Of a DNA stretch of 64,000 nt, positions 13,217 to 26,329 are shown one piece after another. Below the pieces are notes generated by a model. It saw nothing but the letters and a program-made list of their open reading frames with translations. It ran no database searches and had not been told where the DNA came from. Location: NCBI GenBank assembly GCA_951406725.2, contig OX597829.1:2480001-2544000 (forward strand), in the 5' to 3' direction. The stretch comes from Octopus vulgaris. Lineage: Eukaryota. Every line of letters starts with the position of its first letter. The first letter of the stretch is position 1. Position numbers and translations under genes: made by a program.

Positions 13217-13459
13217 TAGTTATCGCCATACTAATATGGCATTCTTATAAAAATAAGAATAAAGCTGTCCGCTTATTAGCTCCATGAGGCCATCGCCTTA
13301 AGTTAGCTATTTGATACACAAACTGTATCCATATAACCTTCGAACAAGGGAGGTCAGTCGCTCCACACTTAAGGCGATGGCCTCATGGAGCTAATAAGCG
13401 GACAGCTTTATTCTTATTTTTATAAGAATGCCATATTAGTATGGCGATAACTATTATTT
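13211..13459. repeat. Foldback with ~90-bp arms and ~65-bp spacer
   Basis: aaataatagttatcgccatac...cgccttaag / cttaaggcg...gataactattattt; mirror copy ~21127-21375. Confidence 0.85.
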
Positions 13460-13506
13460 TCCGAGAACGCTGCCGTTGTTCTCTTTTAGAGAGACTTAGT
13501 AATTTT

Positions 13507-15431
13507 GGTTAATATAGGGCGTAACAAATATCAGAAAATCAAAAAAAAAATGTGTGTAATAGGTGTAAAACAACTTCCTATGAACGAATAGGAAAAAAAA
13601 ATTCGCGCACGCGAAAGGGGGGTGGGGGAGAGGCCTCGGAAAATTCACATCGGGAAGTTCCGAAAGCGTCTGAGGGGCTGACCCGGGCACCAAAACAAAA
13701 AAAAAATAGTGTAATATGTGTAAAACAACTTACTCTAAACGAATATGAAAAACAAAATGCGCTCTCGAGAAAGAGGGGTGGGGAGAGGCCTCGGAATATT
13801 TATATCGGGAATTTCCGAAAGCGTCTGAACCGGGCACAAAAACAAAAACAAAAACAGCGTAATAGGTGTAAAACAACTTGCTCTAAACGACTATCATGAA
13901 AAAAATGCGCGCTCGCGAAAGGGGGGTGGGGGAGAGGCTTCGGAAATTTAACATCTTCAGTCCACGGCCTTTAAACTAAGAAAAAATAGTGTAATTGGTG
14001 TAAAACTACTTGTTCTAAACGAGTATCAAGAACACACACTCACACATGAATCATAAACTCCGTATTTGGCAAAAAAAATAAAATAAAGAGAAGAAATTCT
14101 GGAAAAAGTGAAGAAATGTTGGATCTCCGCCATGTGAATCAAAATACGTGTCAGAAACATCTTGAAATACTACAGAAATTATGTTACGAAAATGATAATG
14201 TATACATACCTCTTTGAGTGGTCCATCGATAATGATGATAAAGAAATGAGTTGGATTTGAACTCAGAATATTGACTAACACAACTACATACTACAAGACT
14301 CAAAATATTCAGCCAAGTCACCACCCTTTAACTAGCAATAATAATAACATCAATAACATAACAGCCAAAAGATTTATTTGTTCTGAAAATAACAATCATA
14401 GTAAATAAATATGTTCTTTAATATTCACATTCATGTGCACAGTTAAACACACTTACATACAAACAGTCACGCATGCATAATACAGAACGGAACACATAAA
14501 TGAAGGATGCATTACTTAGTATATATTACATCTAGAGAATTTTGATTAATAAGTCAAATATGCAAATTATAAAGATAATTAATTGCTTTACTAAACAGTG
14601 TTGTAAAGGTGAAAAAATAAATTTGGGAAAAAAATACACGCCAAAACTAATTAATAAAGGATAATTAGGGAAGGATTGACACAAAATAATAATTTTTTCT
14701 GTCTCTTTTTTCTGATAAATGCATCTTAATAAGTGAGAAGAATTGCATATATCTGAACTATTTCAAAGAAAAGCATAAATTTAATGTTTAAAATAGCTTT
14801 AACCAAGGAATGAGATCCAACATTTCTTCACTTTTTCCAGAATTTCTTCTCTTTATTTTTTTTTTTTTTTGCGAAATACGGAGTTTATGATTCATGTGTG
14901 AGTGTGTGTTCTTGATACTCGTTTAGAACAAGTAGTTTTACACCAATTACACTATTTTTTCTTAGTTTAAAGGCCGTGGACTGAAGATGTTAAATTTCCG
15001 AAGCCTCTCCCCCACCCCCTTTCGCGAGCGCGCATTTTTTTCATGATAGTCGTTTAGAGCAAGTTGTTTTACACCTATTACGCTGTTTTTGTTTTTGTTT
15101 TTGTGCCCGGTTCAGACGCTTTCGGAAATTCCCGATATAAATATTCCGAGGCCTCTCCCCCACCCCTCTTTCGCGAGAGCGCATTTTTTTGTCATATTCG
15201 TTTAGAGCAAGTTGTTTTACACATATTACACTATTTTGTTTTTGTTTTGGTGCCCGGGTCAGCTCCTCAGACGCTTTCGGAACTTCCCGATGTGAATTTT
15301 CCGAGGCCTCTCCCCCACCCCCTTTCGCGTGCGGGAATTTTTTTTTCATATTCGTTCATAGGAAGTTGTTTTACACCTATTACACACATTTTTTTTTGAT
15401 TTTCTGATATTTGTTACGCCCTATATTAACC
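13507..15431. mobile_element. Non-autonomous foldback DNA transposon, ~620-bp TIRs, 8-bp TSD (Merlin-like)
   Basis: GGTTAATATAGGGCG...CGCCCTATATTAACC; TSD gtaatttt (13499-13506, 15432-15439); the empty site is present in the mirror arm at ~21079-21095; GG ends with 8-bp TSD fit Merlin. Confidence 0.88.
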
Positions 15432-15477
15432 GTAATTTTAATATTTCTATTATATATATATATATATTTAAACATAT

Positions 15478-15539
<62 letters not shown>

Positions 15540-15748
15540 TACATATATATATATATATATACAAATATATATATATATACATATATGTCTATGCACACAC
15601 ATATATATATACACACATATATATCTTATATATATATATATATACACATATATACTATATATAGACATGCATATATACATACATTTACATATACGCATAT
15701 ATATATATGCACATATATACATATGCATATATATATAAATATACATAC

Positions 15749-15793
<45 letters not shown>

Positions 15794-16009
15794 TATATAT
15801 ATATGCACACACACACATATATATATATATACACACATAAATATACATGCATAAATACATAATGAAAGTAATTGTAATTGAAACCAAATTGTGTGTGTGT
15901 ATAGATATCTATATCTGTACATATGGTTAAGGATAGGTGGATATAGTAGTGTACGTATATGTTTACTAGGGTTTAACTGTAGATATGTGTGGAGATGTGT
16001 GCGAAAGTT

Positions 16010-16251
16010 TTAATAGGGATGTTGTTTCACTTTTGACAGGTAATACGGAAACAGTGTAAGAGATAAGAGATTGCTCCGGGCTTGCTTTAGGCAAGAAGTT
16101 GAAAATATTTTTGGCCTATGACACTGCATGGACCCTAAGTAAGGCATGTGTGAAATTTGAATGAAATTCGTTGGGTAGTTCTCGAGTTTTAATGATGCAC
16201 ACATGCATACAGACAGACAGACTCACAACATTCTCAGTTTTATATATAGAG

Positions 16252-16253
<2 letters not shown>
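16010..16253 (-). mobile_element. Helitron-like 5' fragment (mirror copy at 19445-19690)
   Basis: tctctatatataaaactgagaatgttgtgagtctgtctgtctg start, like the other Helitron 5' ends here. Confidence 0.55.
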
Positions 16254-16322
<69 letters not shown>

Positions 16323-16364
16323 AATAAAAAATGGAGTTAACGCAGGTTTAAACAAGTATTTTTT

Positions 16365-16449
16365 CTTTCTACATATGTTTCAAAAATTCCACTGATACTT
16401 ATTCAAAAGAATAAAAGGTATAAACAATGCAATCTTCTCTTCGGGAAAG
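16365..16449 (-). ncRNA. Hammerhead motif in pLTR, U4C core
   Basis: ctttc-CCGAAGA-gaaga...ttttt-GAAA-catatg-TA-gaaag on the minus strand. Confidence 0.65.
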
Positions 16450-16718
16450 TGAAAAAACGAAACTTGTCAATACGACATTTTAGCAAAAAATGATGGATTC
16501 GTATAGCGATAGACAGAACGCTATTAATATTGTTTAAAAAAACGTTATATGATATAACGTCATAAGTAGCTAACAGAAAGAGTAGGGATATTAATAGTGA
16601 ATGTTAAATATAAAGGAAATTAAAGTCTAAACTATATATAATGATAGAGACTACTTATATGCACTAAAAGTATGTTTTTGCCAATGCTTACATCTGTATG
16701 CTCGTTCTATAACCGTGT

Positions 16719-18227
16719 TTACAAGAGTATTTTTAGAAAAATAATGAAAAATAGCTCAGAATTGCAGAGAAGACAGAATTTCTTGCCTTTGTCATATGGT
16801 ATCGAAATTGAGAGGATCAACCATTCCAAATGAAATTGTTCATTGTGGTCTTTTAAATTCCAAATCAGTTTGCTGAGACCGGTACTATTCCGTTTATTTC
16901 TATCCCTAAATGTTGAGTAATGGATAGAAATTCTCTTAGATAACTCTAACGATGTGCTTCCAATGTAAAATCGTACTTTATTACGAGTACTGATTATACA
17001 CTGGTATATAGAATTTTTAATCTTAGAGTTACTTGACATAAATTTAATTCTATTGGGATTGACTTCAGATACAATAACCTTGTTATTAATATTTCTAGAG
17101 GGTTGGATGGTAGTAGCTAAATTAATGTTAGTATTAGTAAATGTATTAATATTTAACAGTTTGTTATTATGAGAAGATATAATTTGCAAGAGATTTTTTG
17201 TGTTTGAAAAACCTATCCTAACCTTATGTGAATTAATTATAGAGTAATATCTAGAATTATTTGGAAAATTCCTAGCAATAGCTTGACGAAACAGCAGTGG
17301 GAGATTAGTATTAATTTGTCTCCCGTAAGGAATTATTAACCAAATATTTTTACTAGTATTCATAGCGTAATTACTTTTGAAGGTGTTATATTTACTTTTA
17401 GATCGGTAACAGGGGAATAAATAAGGGTTATCTGCCTTCATTCGCTTTGTATCGGTGCGTAAGTTATGTTTGTTATCAATAATTCTTTTACGACTAGAAA
17501 TCTTATCTACATTATTGAATTTACAATTAGACTGAGCAGAATCAATGTAGAAAATTTTTTCTGTATAACCTGCTTTGATTAAGGCAGAGTTATAGAATTC
17601 AGCGTTATTATTGAAAATATCAACATTAGCAGATAATTTAGATAATCTAAATGAAATATTCTTAACTAAATTCTTAGTAATTGCTCCAGGATGATTACTA
17701 AATTTGCTAATGTACTTAAGATTGGTCAACGGTTTATGATATGGGAAGTAAGAGTCACTGTGTAAATTAAGCGTAATATCTAAAAAGTTGGCCTTCGTCA
17801 GATCGTCATCAAAAACGATTTTTAAGCCCATTCTACTGAAAAATTTAACTAAACTATTCTTAACTCTTTGTACCTTTTGGTTGGAAACATTTTGGAGGTA
17901 AAGTAAACAATCATCACGATATAGACCTCCATAAATGTTAGGGAACTCTTCAGCCATTTCAAAAAGAATATATATACAGACCAAATCAGCTATATGTGCT
18001 GAATCAGAACTTCCCATAGGTATATCGAAACTATCTGGTGTGTCTTTACTGACCCACAACTTATCATCAAATTTAATAATAGATCTTCTGGCTGCCAACA
18101 CAACATTAATTTCTTCTCGGGTGAGACCAGCTTTGTTATGAGCAAGCCAAAGTGCCTTATTAAGTACTATTGGATTAATAGACGAACAAAAATTGGAAAT
18201 ATCAAACTGGATAAACTTCGTACTCAC
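16719..18227 (-). pseudogene. PLE RT + GIY-YIG, frameshifted
   Basis: FIQFDISNF, PMGSSDS, LYRDD, FLDI, YHKP; SIYQ..FYIGST..RISIH, CLLCNSE; upstream LKDHK motif lies in another frame; the C-terminal NTVIERAYRCKH is shifted by a 1-nt loss in a T run. Confidence 0.9.
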
Positions 18228-19239
18228 CTTACTGTTAATAGACCTAAACCAGTCAACTACGTCAAATGAATTAGTCCATAAACTAAGTTTTAATGTTTTG
18301 ATTAGATTAGGAATATATTTATCTAGTATATTTTTACTAAGGATACCGATGTCAGAGCAGAAGGGCAGATAAGCCTTAATGATGGGTTAGTAAAAAAATT
18401 TGGTTTGTGATCCTTCAAAATAAACCTAGGTTGCTTAGGAACAAGTGGTTCTGTCTTCATTTGTAGGTTATATTTCTCCATGATTTTCATAGCCTCGATG
18501 TTGGTTTTCTTAAGTATTCTTTTATCAGCAATTTAAATATTAATACATTTACTAATACTAACATTAATTTAGCTACTACCATCCAACCCTCTAGAAATAT
18601 TAATAACAAGGTTATTGTATCTGAAGTCAATCCCAATAGAATTAAATTTATGTCAAGTAACTCTAAGATTAAAAATTCTATATACCAGTGTATAATCAGT
18701 ACTCGTAATAAAGTACGATTTTACATTGGAAGCACATCGTTAGAGTTATCTAAGAGAATTTCTATCCATTACTCAACATTTAGGGATAGAAATAAACGGA
18801 ATAGTACCGGTCTCAGCAAACTGATTTGGAATTTAAAAGACCACAATGAACAATTTCATTTGGAATGGTTGATCCTCTCAATTTCGATACCATATGACAA
18901 AGGCAAGAAATTCTGTCTTCTCTGCAATTCTGAGCTATTTTTCATTATTTTTCTAAAAATACTCTAGTAAACACGGTTATAGAACGAGCATACAGATGTA
19001 AGCATTGGCAAAAACATACTTTTAGTGCATATAAGTAGTCTCTATCATTATATATAGTTTAGACTTTAATTTCCTTTATATTTAACATTCACTATTAATA
19101 TCCCTACTCTTTCTGTTAGCTACTTATGACGTTATATCATATAACGTTTTTTTAAACAATATTAATAGCGTTCTGTCTATCGCTATACGAATCCATCATT
19201 TTTTGCTAAAATGTCGTATTGACAAGTTTCGTTTTTTCA

Positions 19240-19324
19240 CTTTCCCGAAGAGAAGATTGCATTGTTTATACCTTTTATTCTTTTGAATAAGTATCAGTGG
19301 AATTTTTGAAACATATGTAGAAAG
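19240..19324 (+). ncRNA. Inverted copy of the pLTR hammerhead motif (U4C)
   Basis: Reverse complement of 16365-16449. Confidence 0.65.
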
Positions 19325-19366
19325 AAAAAATACTTGTTTAAACCTGCGTTAACTCCATTTTTTATT

Positions 19367-19445
<79 letters not shown>

Positions 19446-19885
19446 CTCTATATATAAAACTGAGAATGTTGTGAGTCTGTCTGTCTGTATGCATGTGTGC
19501 ATCATTAAAACTCGAGAACTACCCAACGAATTTCATTCAAATTTCACACATGCCTTACTTAGGGTCCATGCAGTGTCATTGGCCAAAAATATTTTCAACT
19601 TCTTGCCTAAAGCAAGCCCGGAGCAATCTCTTATCTCTTACACTGTTTCCGTATTACCTGTCAAAAGTGAAACAACATCCCTATTAAAACTTTCGCACAC
19701 ATCTCCACACATATCTACAGTTAGACCCAAGTAAACATATACGTACACTACTATATCCACATATCCTTAACCATATGTACAGATATAGATATCTATACAC
19801 ACACACAATTTGGTTTCAATTACAATTACTTTCATTATGTATTTATGCATGTATATTTATGTGTGTATATATATATATATATGTG

Positions 19886-19933
<48 letters not shown>

Positions 19934-20053
19934 ACAATCCCCTATTTTGTCGGGTTTGTTCTGAGTCTGCGCAGTGTTTTGAATAGTTTAGAAAGAGCAT
20001 TTCGATAGACGCACATGGGTCTATTGATATGGTCTTCCCATCATTAACAGGAA

Positions 20054-20126
20054 TCTTACTGAAGAGCCAGCCTGAGTAAATAAATACTATTTTTATTACT
20101 GAATTTGGCGAAACTGCAGTATAAGA
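20054..20126 (+). ncRNA. Canonical type I hammerhead ribozyme
   Basis: tctta-CTGAAGA-gcca...tggc-GAAA-ctgcag-TA-taaga. Confidence 0.88.
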
Positions 20127-20457
20127 AAAGCTAAGTTTGTAAAAGTTTTTAATTTTCATCTCACTAAATTTATCCAGCTATTGTGTATCTAGTGCACTCT
20201 TCGCCTTGAATGTAATGATATATGTATAATATATGGCGTGTACTGGTACACCGGCGATTATAATTAATTTTATTGTATCGCATTTATCTTTGTTTACATA
20301 TTCTCTCGATAAATTTCTGACCGTTAGACGATATACCACAATCCCCTATTTTGTCGGGTTTGTTCTGAGTCTGCGCAGTGTTTTGAATAGTTTAGAAAGA
20401 GCATTTCGATAGACGCACATGGGTCTATTGATATGGTCTTCCCATCATTAACAGGAA

Positions 20458-20530
20458 TCTTACTGAAGAGCCAGCCTGAGTAAATAAATACTATTTTTAT
20501 TACTGAATTTGGCGAAACTGCAGTATAAGA
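20458..20530 (+). ncRNA. Canonical type I hammerhead ribozyme (second tandem copy)
   Basis: Same motif as 20054-20126, offset 404 bp. Confidence 0.88.
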
Positions 20531-20695
20531 AAAGTTAAGTTTGTAAAAGTTTTTAATTTTCATCTCACTAAATTTATCCAGCTATTGTGTATCTAGTGCA
20601 CTCTTCGCCTTGAATGTAATGATATATGTATAATATATGGCGTGTACTGGTACACCGGCGATTATAATTAATTTTATTGTATCGCATTTATCTTT

Positions 20696-20751
<56 letters not shown>

Positions 20752-20980
20752 GTATGTATATTTATATATATATGCATATGTATATATGTGCATATATATA
20801 TATGCGTATATGTAAATGTATGTATATATGCATGTCTATATATAGTATATATGTGTATATATATATATAAGATATATATGTGTGTATATATATATGTGTG
20901 TATATATATATGTGTGTGCATAGACATATATGTATATGTATATATATTTGTATATATATATATATATATATATATGTATT

Positions 20981-21071
<91 letters not shown>

Positions 21072-21369
21072 GAAATATTAAAATTACTAAGTCTCTCTAA
21101 AAGAGAACAACGGCAGCGTTCTCGGAAAATAATAGTTATCGCCATACTAATATGGCATTCTTATAAAAATAAGAATAAAGCTGTCCGCTTATTAGCTCCA
21201 TGAGGCCATCGCCTTAAGTGTGGAGCGACTGACCTCCCTTGTTCGAAGGTTATATGGATACAGTTTATGTATCAAATAGCTAACTTAAGGCGATGGCCTC
21301 ATGGAGCTAATAAGCGGACAGCTTTATTCTTATTTTTATAAGAATGCCATATTAGTATGGTGATAACTA

Positions 21370-21430
<61 letters not shown>

Positions 21431-21647
21431 TAGAATGGTTGTATACTGTCAATCTAACACGAACGTGACAGTAGGGGGGTACACCACCGCTGTATAGCCC
21501 TAGGAAGCATCGACACCTCCTGATGGCTTCGACACATTTTTCCCTGTGTCCTTATATACATTTACGGAGGGAAGACAAACACCCCCGCCCGCCGTAAATG
21601 TATATAAGGACACAGGGAAAAATGTTAGATTGACAGTATACAACCAT

Positions 21648-21762
<115 letters not shown>

Positions 21763-22240
21763 GAAAAAACAAGTCAAAAATAGAAAATGCTAAAATAATT
21801 TTATAGTGATACAGGCCACTTCTAAACGGGTCCACGACAAACAATTAATATACCCCAACTTCAGAATAAAAGAAATATTCACACACAAATATTACATTCC
21901 AAGGAATCCATTACTAATCACAGCCAAAATCACAGCTATAATCCATAACATGCCAACTTCAAGTCATGACTTGAAGTTGGCATGTTGTGGATTATAGCTG
22001 TGATTTTGGCAGTGATTAGTAATGGATTCCTTGGAATGTAATATTTGTGTGTGAATATTTCTTTTATTCTGAAGTTGGGGTATATTAATTGTTTGTCGTG
22101 GACCCGTTTAGAAGTGGCCTGTATCACTATAAAATTATTTTAGCATTTTCTATTTTTGACTTGTTTTTTCATATATATCAACTCGTGTGTTCCTTTTCAC
22201 CCTTATACATATATATATATATATATATATATAAGTTGAT

Positions 22241-22562
22241 TCACAGAAAAACCATTGTTCCACAGTGAGAAAAGTTCTGTTGAACTGTTAATTTAAATTT
22301 GGCTATGGGGATCGAATCCACTTCATGCTTGCAAGATTCACTAAATCACTCCTCGCCAGTGAGGCTCCGGGAAAGGAAACGAATGATCGAAGGAGAGAAA
22401 GAGATGCATATATGTTTGTGTGTGTGTGTTTTACGTTTATGTTTGTCTCCAGCGCTTGATAACTGGTACTGGTTTGTTTACGTTCTTGCAGTTTAGCATA
22501 TATATATGTGTGCATAGACATATATGTATATATATATATATTTGTATATATATATGTATCTG

Positions 22563-22595
<33 letters not shown>

Positions 22596-23010
22596 ATATA
22601 TATATGTGTATATATATATATATATATACACATATATATACACACACACACATATATATATATATACATATATATATACAGATACATATATATATATACA
22701 AATATATATATATATACATATATGTCTATGCACACATATATATATGCTAAACTGCAAGAACGTAAACAAACCAGTACCAGTTATCAAGCGCTGGCGGGAG
22801 ACAAACATAAACGTAAAACACACACACACAAACATATATGCATCTCTTTCTCTCCTTCGATCATTCGTTTCCTTTCCCGGAGCCTCACTGGCGAGGGGAG
22901 TGATTTAGTGAATCTTGCAAGCATGAAGTGGATTCGATCCCCCATAGCCAAATTTAAATTAACAGTTCAACAGAACTTTTCTCACTGTGGAACAATGGTT
23001 TTTTCTGTGA
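22241..23010. repeat. Foldback palindrome, ~380-bp arms, centred in a TA tract
   Basis: tcacagaaaaaccattgttccacagtgag... is mirrored by ...ctcactgtggaacaatggttttttctgtga. Confidence 0.9.
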
Positions 23011-23264
23011 CAGCAGTTTTACATTTGCCAGATTGCCTTTAGCTAGGCCGAAATAATGTCTTCCCCACTTGACCCTTATAACCTCTTCTACTTCACCAAA
23101 AGCTAGAACCAACCGTTACAACTGGCGACCCCGAGCGAAAGAATCGATGCCTTCTGAAACTGCATTGCCAACAGTCACAACTGGCGACCCCGTGGAAAAG
23201 AATTGCTGCCTTTTGAAGCTGTATTACCAACAAATTGGTGACCCCATGTTTGTTCCTTCTCAAG

Positions 23265-23550
23265 CCATGCCTGGCTCATAAGGGCCGGTTTCCCGGTTTC
23301 CTTGGCGTATAGGTTCCCCACCTGGACGGGACGCCGGTCCGTCGCAGGTGACCTTCAAGATGCAGGAGCAAAGAGTGAGAGAAAGTTGTGGCGAAAGAGT
23401 CAGCAGAAGTTTCGCCACTACCTTCTGCCGGAGACGCGTGGAGCTTAGATGTTTCGCTCATAAACATACACATCGCCCGGTCTGAGATTCGAACCCGCGA
23501 TCCCTCGACCGCGAATCCGCTTCTCTAACCACTAGGCCATGTGCCTCCAC
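23265..23550 (-). mobile_element. tRNA-derived SINE
   Basis: Minus head gtggaggcacatggcctagtggttagag...gggttcgaatctc (A and B boxes). Confidence 0.8.
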
Positions 23551-23891
23551 GATGCCCCCCATGTAAAGAGAATTGATATCTTCCGATTCTGTATGCCGCT
23601 GTATTTTGCTGATTCGAACTAGAATATCAACTAGAATATCAACCAAAGAAAAAGAATGACAACCTTCGTCACCACCAAGATGCTCCCTCCATCGACCTAC
23701 TACAAAAAGCTCTATACTGCGATCCACGTTATAATGCACTTCACATCAATGCAACACTGCACAAGGAATTTACGGACCACGGAAGCCAATAAATGCATCA
23801 TTTCGACAGCTACGTGCCCAGAAACTAACTGGAAGAAAATATAGGAGCACACACGTACAACGTCTTCACAGTAAACTCGAACAAGAAGCGG

Positions 23892-23972
23892 GCGAAGAGT
23901 CCGCTGGCCGGCGAAGAGTCCGCTGGCCGGCGAAGAGTCCGCTGGCCGGCGAAGAGTCCGCTGGCCGGCGAA
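23892..23972 (+). repeat. GC-rich 19-bp minisatellite x4
   Basis: (gcgaagagtccgctggccg)4. Confidence 0.9.
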
Positions 23973-25224
23973 ATACATACAAATTTTCTATTTCAAAAAA
24001 AATTCCAGTTGAGTGATTTACAAGCACCAATGCCTTAATTTCTAAACGAACACCTTATTTATTTATATTTTGCTTTCCACTGAACTTCCCAAGGACCCTA
24101 CCTGTAACACTTACATTACATTAATTCAATTTTCTGTTTCTCATATTAAATCAAAATTGATTCTGCTTGCATTCTAACAGACTCAAATGAACTGAGCATT
24201 TTATTCATAACCTAAATTTTCGTTTGCATGTCTTCTCAATTTTATTCATATTTTGCACTTTCACTGTCTTTCAGTCGCATTGTCGCACGTTGCGTTTTGC
24301 ATCTACAAATTTTTTTTGTCTCGTTCTCTTCGAAAATGTATGGTTGCATATACACACGCATGCACCTTTCCTCAGCGCCCGGCCATGCGCACGCATCAGC
24401 ACACATTGTTACACAAACACATGCTAACTCTGTCTCATTTATGCACCACACATGCCTTTCTCGCTTGTTTTTCATGCTCAATGCGCCCTTGTACACACAA
24501 CGCATCTCTGTAAGACCCTAGGTCGGTGACGCATACATAGAGAAAGTTGTTTGTCCCTTACAACGTGCCAGCATGCCACACTTTTGTTCCTGCACGATCG
24601 AGGCGTATAATACCTCATGCATCGGCTGGCAGCCTCAGCCTTACTGCATTGATAACTGGCATATTCAATACTGTACTCTGTACTTGTAATCAATGCACTA
24701 GCATTAGCCCCAGCCTTGCAAGCCCTATTGCACTCATGCACATGCACCTCTGTTATGCACATCTACTTCCTTGTCTTGCAACACGTCTGCGTCAGCTCAA
24801 TTCTTCTTCCGACTCAAAGCACGTCGGATGTTCACATGCTCTGCGCACATGTTTAGACGTAATTTCCCCCTGTTAGACCCCCGTTTGGTTACATAATTAA
24901 CAGAGAAAATTATCTGTCTTGTGCACCACTCCAGCATGCTACATTGTCGTCCTTGCTAACTCAGCAATTAACCACAACAGCACCAGACGCATTTCACCTT
25001 CAAGGCATTTCACACACTGCAACCCTGCAGGAAGATCTTCCATATCATGGATTAAGAATACACTCATTCGCTCGCCCGAGCTTATTTTACAGCCAATTTC
25101 GAAACGTGCACCTGCACTCTTGTATACGTCCTCACGCGCAAGAACGCGCTCCTGCCCAGCCACTGACTGCACACATTTTGGCTCTCAAAGCGACACCGCT
25201 ATTCGAACTAATCCGAATAGAAAA

Positions 25225-25399
25225 CTGTCCAGAAATAGGGGCTGCAATAAGGGTGGAGCACTTGCAGAAAACAGCACTGCTTGGAACCGCTCGAATACTC
25301 CGGATGGTGCTCGAAAAATAATAGGTGTTACCTTAGTTCACTGGTAGGGAACAGCTGACACCGTAGTACATCTCCAGCGTTAGAAGCTGTGCAAAGACA

Positions 25400-25400
<1 letters not shown>
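25225..25400 (+). mobile_element. 3' fragment of an R4/Dong-type non-LTR retrotransposon
   Basis: IRVEHLQKTALLGTARILRMVLE C-terminus, short UTR, then (AAT)n. Confidence 0.75.
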
Positions 25401-25824
<424 letters not shown>

Positions 25825-26329
25825 CAAGGCTGCGAGCAGATAGAATTGTCTGCGGGTGAAATGCTTAGCGGCATCTCATCCGTCCTTACGTTCTGAATAC
25901 AAATTCCACCGAGGTTGACTTTGTATTTCGTTCTTTCGGAGTCAATAAAATAAAAATTAGTTGAGTGCTGGGTTTGGTGTAATTGACTTAACCCTTCACT
26001 CGAAATTATTTGCCCTGTACCCAAAATTCGTAACCATAATTATCATTATTATGATTAACCACAGAATAAGAAACCACGTTGATTTTTCAGCTCAGAAAAT
26101 TTGTGCTAAATTTCTCTTGTTTTTTTTTTTTTTCAGACCGCTTGAAGGTTTGTTTAATTTGTTTTTGTATTTTGTTTTATATTTTTGTCATTGTGAGATC
26201 AGCAGCTGCGTCTAAGGTGTGATTATTCTTACGTAACGATCCCCACCCCTTTTCCGATCGGGGTATCAGACGTTTGAATTTTTTCAAAACAGCGAAGTCT
26301 AACCTCTGTCTGTTACATTAGTTTGTCGA

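Larger units (their letters stand above)
16321..19368 (-). mobile_element. Penelope-like element (Naiad-type), 5'-truncated, with inverted 3' end
   Basis: RT-GIY-YIG on the minus strand up to 18532; 16321-17156 is inverted at 18533-19368. Confidence 0.92.
19931..20698 (+). mobile_element. Retrozyme-like / solo-pLTR tandem dimer, 404-bp unit, one hammerhead per unit
   Basis: accacaatcccc at 19931 and 20335; near-identical units; inserted in (TA)n of the right palindrome arm only. Confidence 0.85.
23110..25200 (+). mobile_element. Highly degenerate Gypsy-like internal region (tentative)
   Basis: Three PBS-like aca(a)ctggcgacccc motifs at ~23118, 23178 and 23230; only faint gag/pol-like peptides. 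Confidence 0.3.

Noticed and set aside
23892-23972. Regular short repeats as a CRISPR array
   Set aside because: Contiguous 19-bp units with no spacers, in a eukaryotic context
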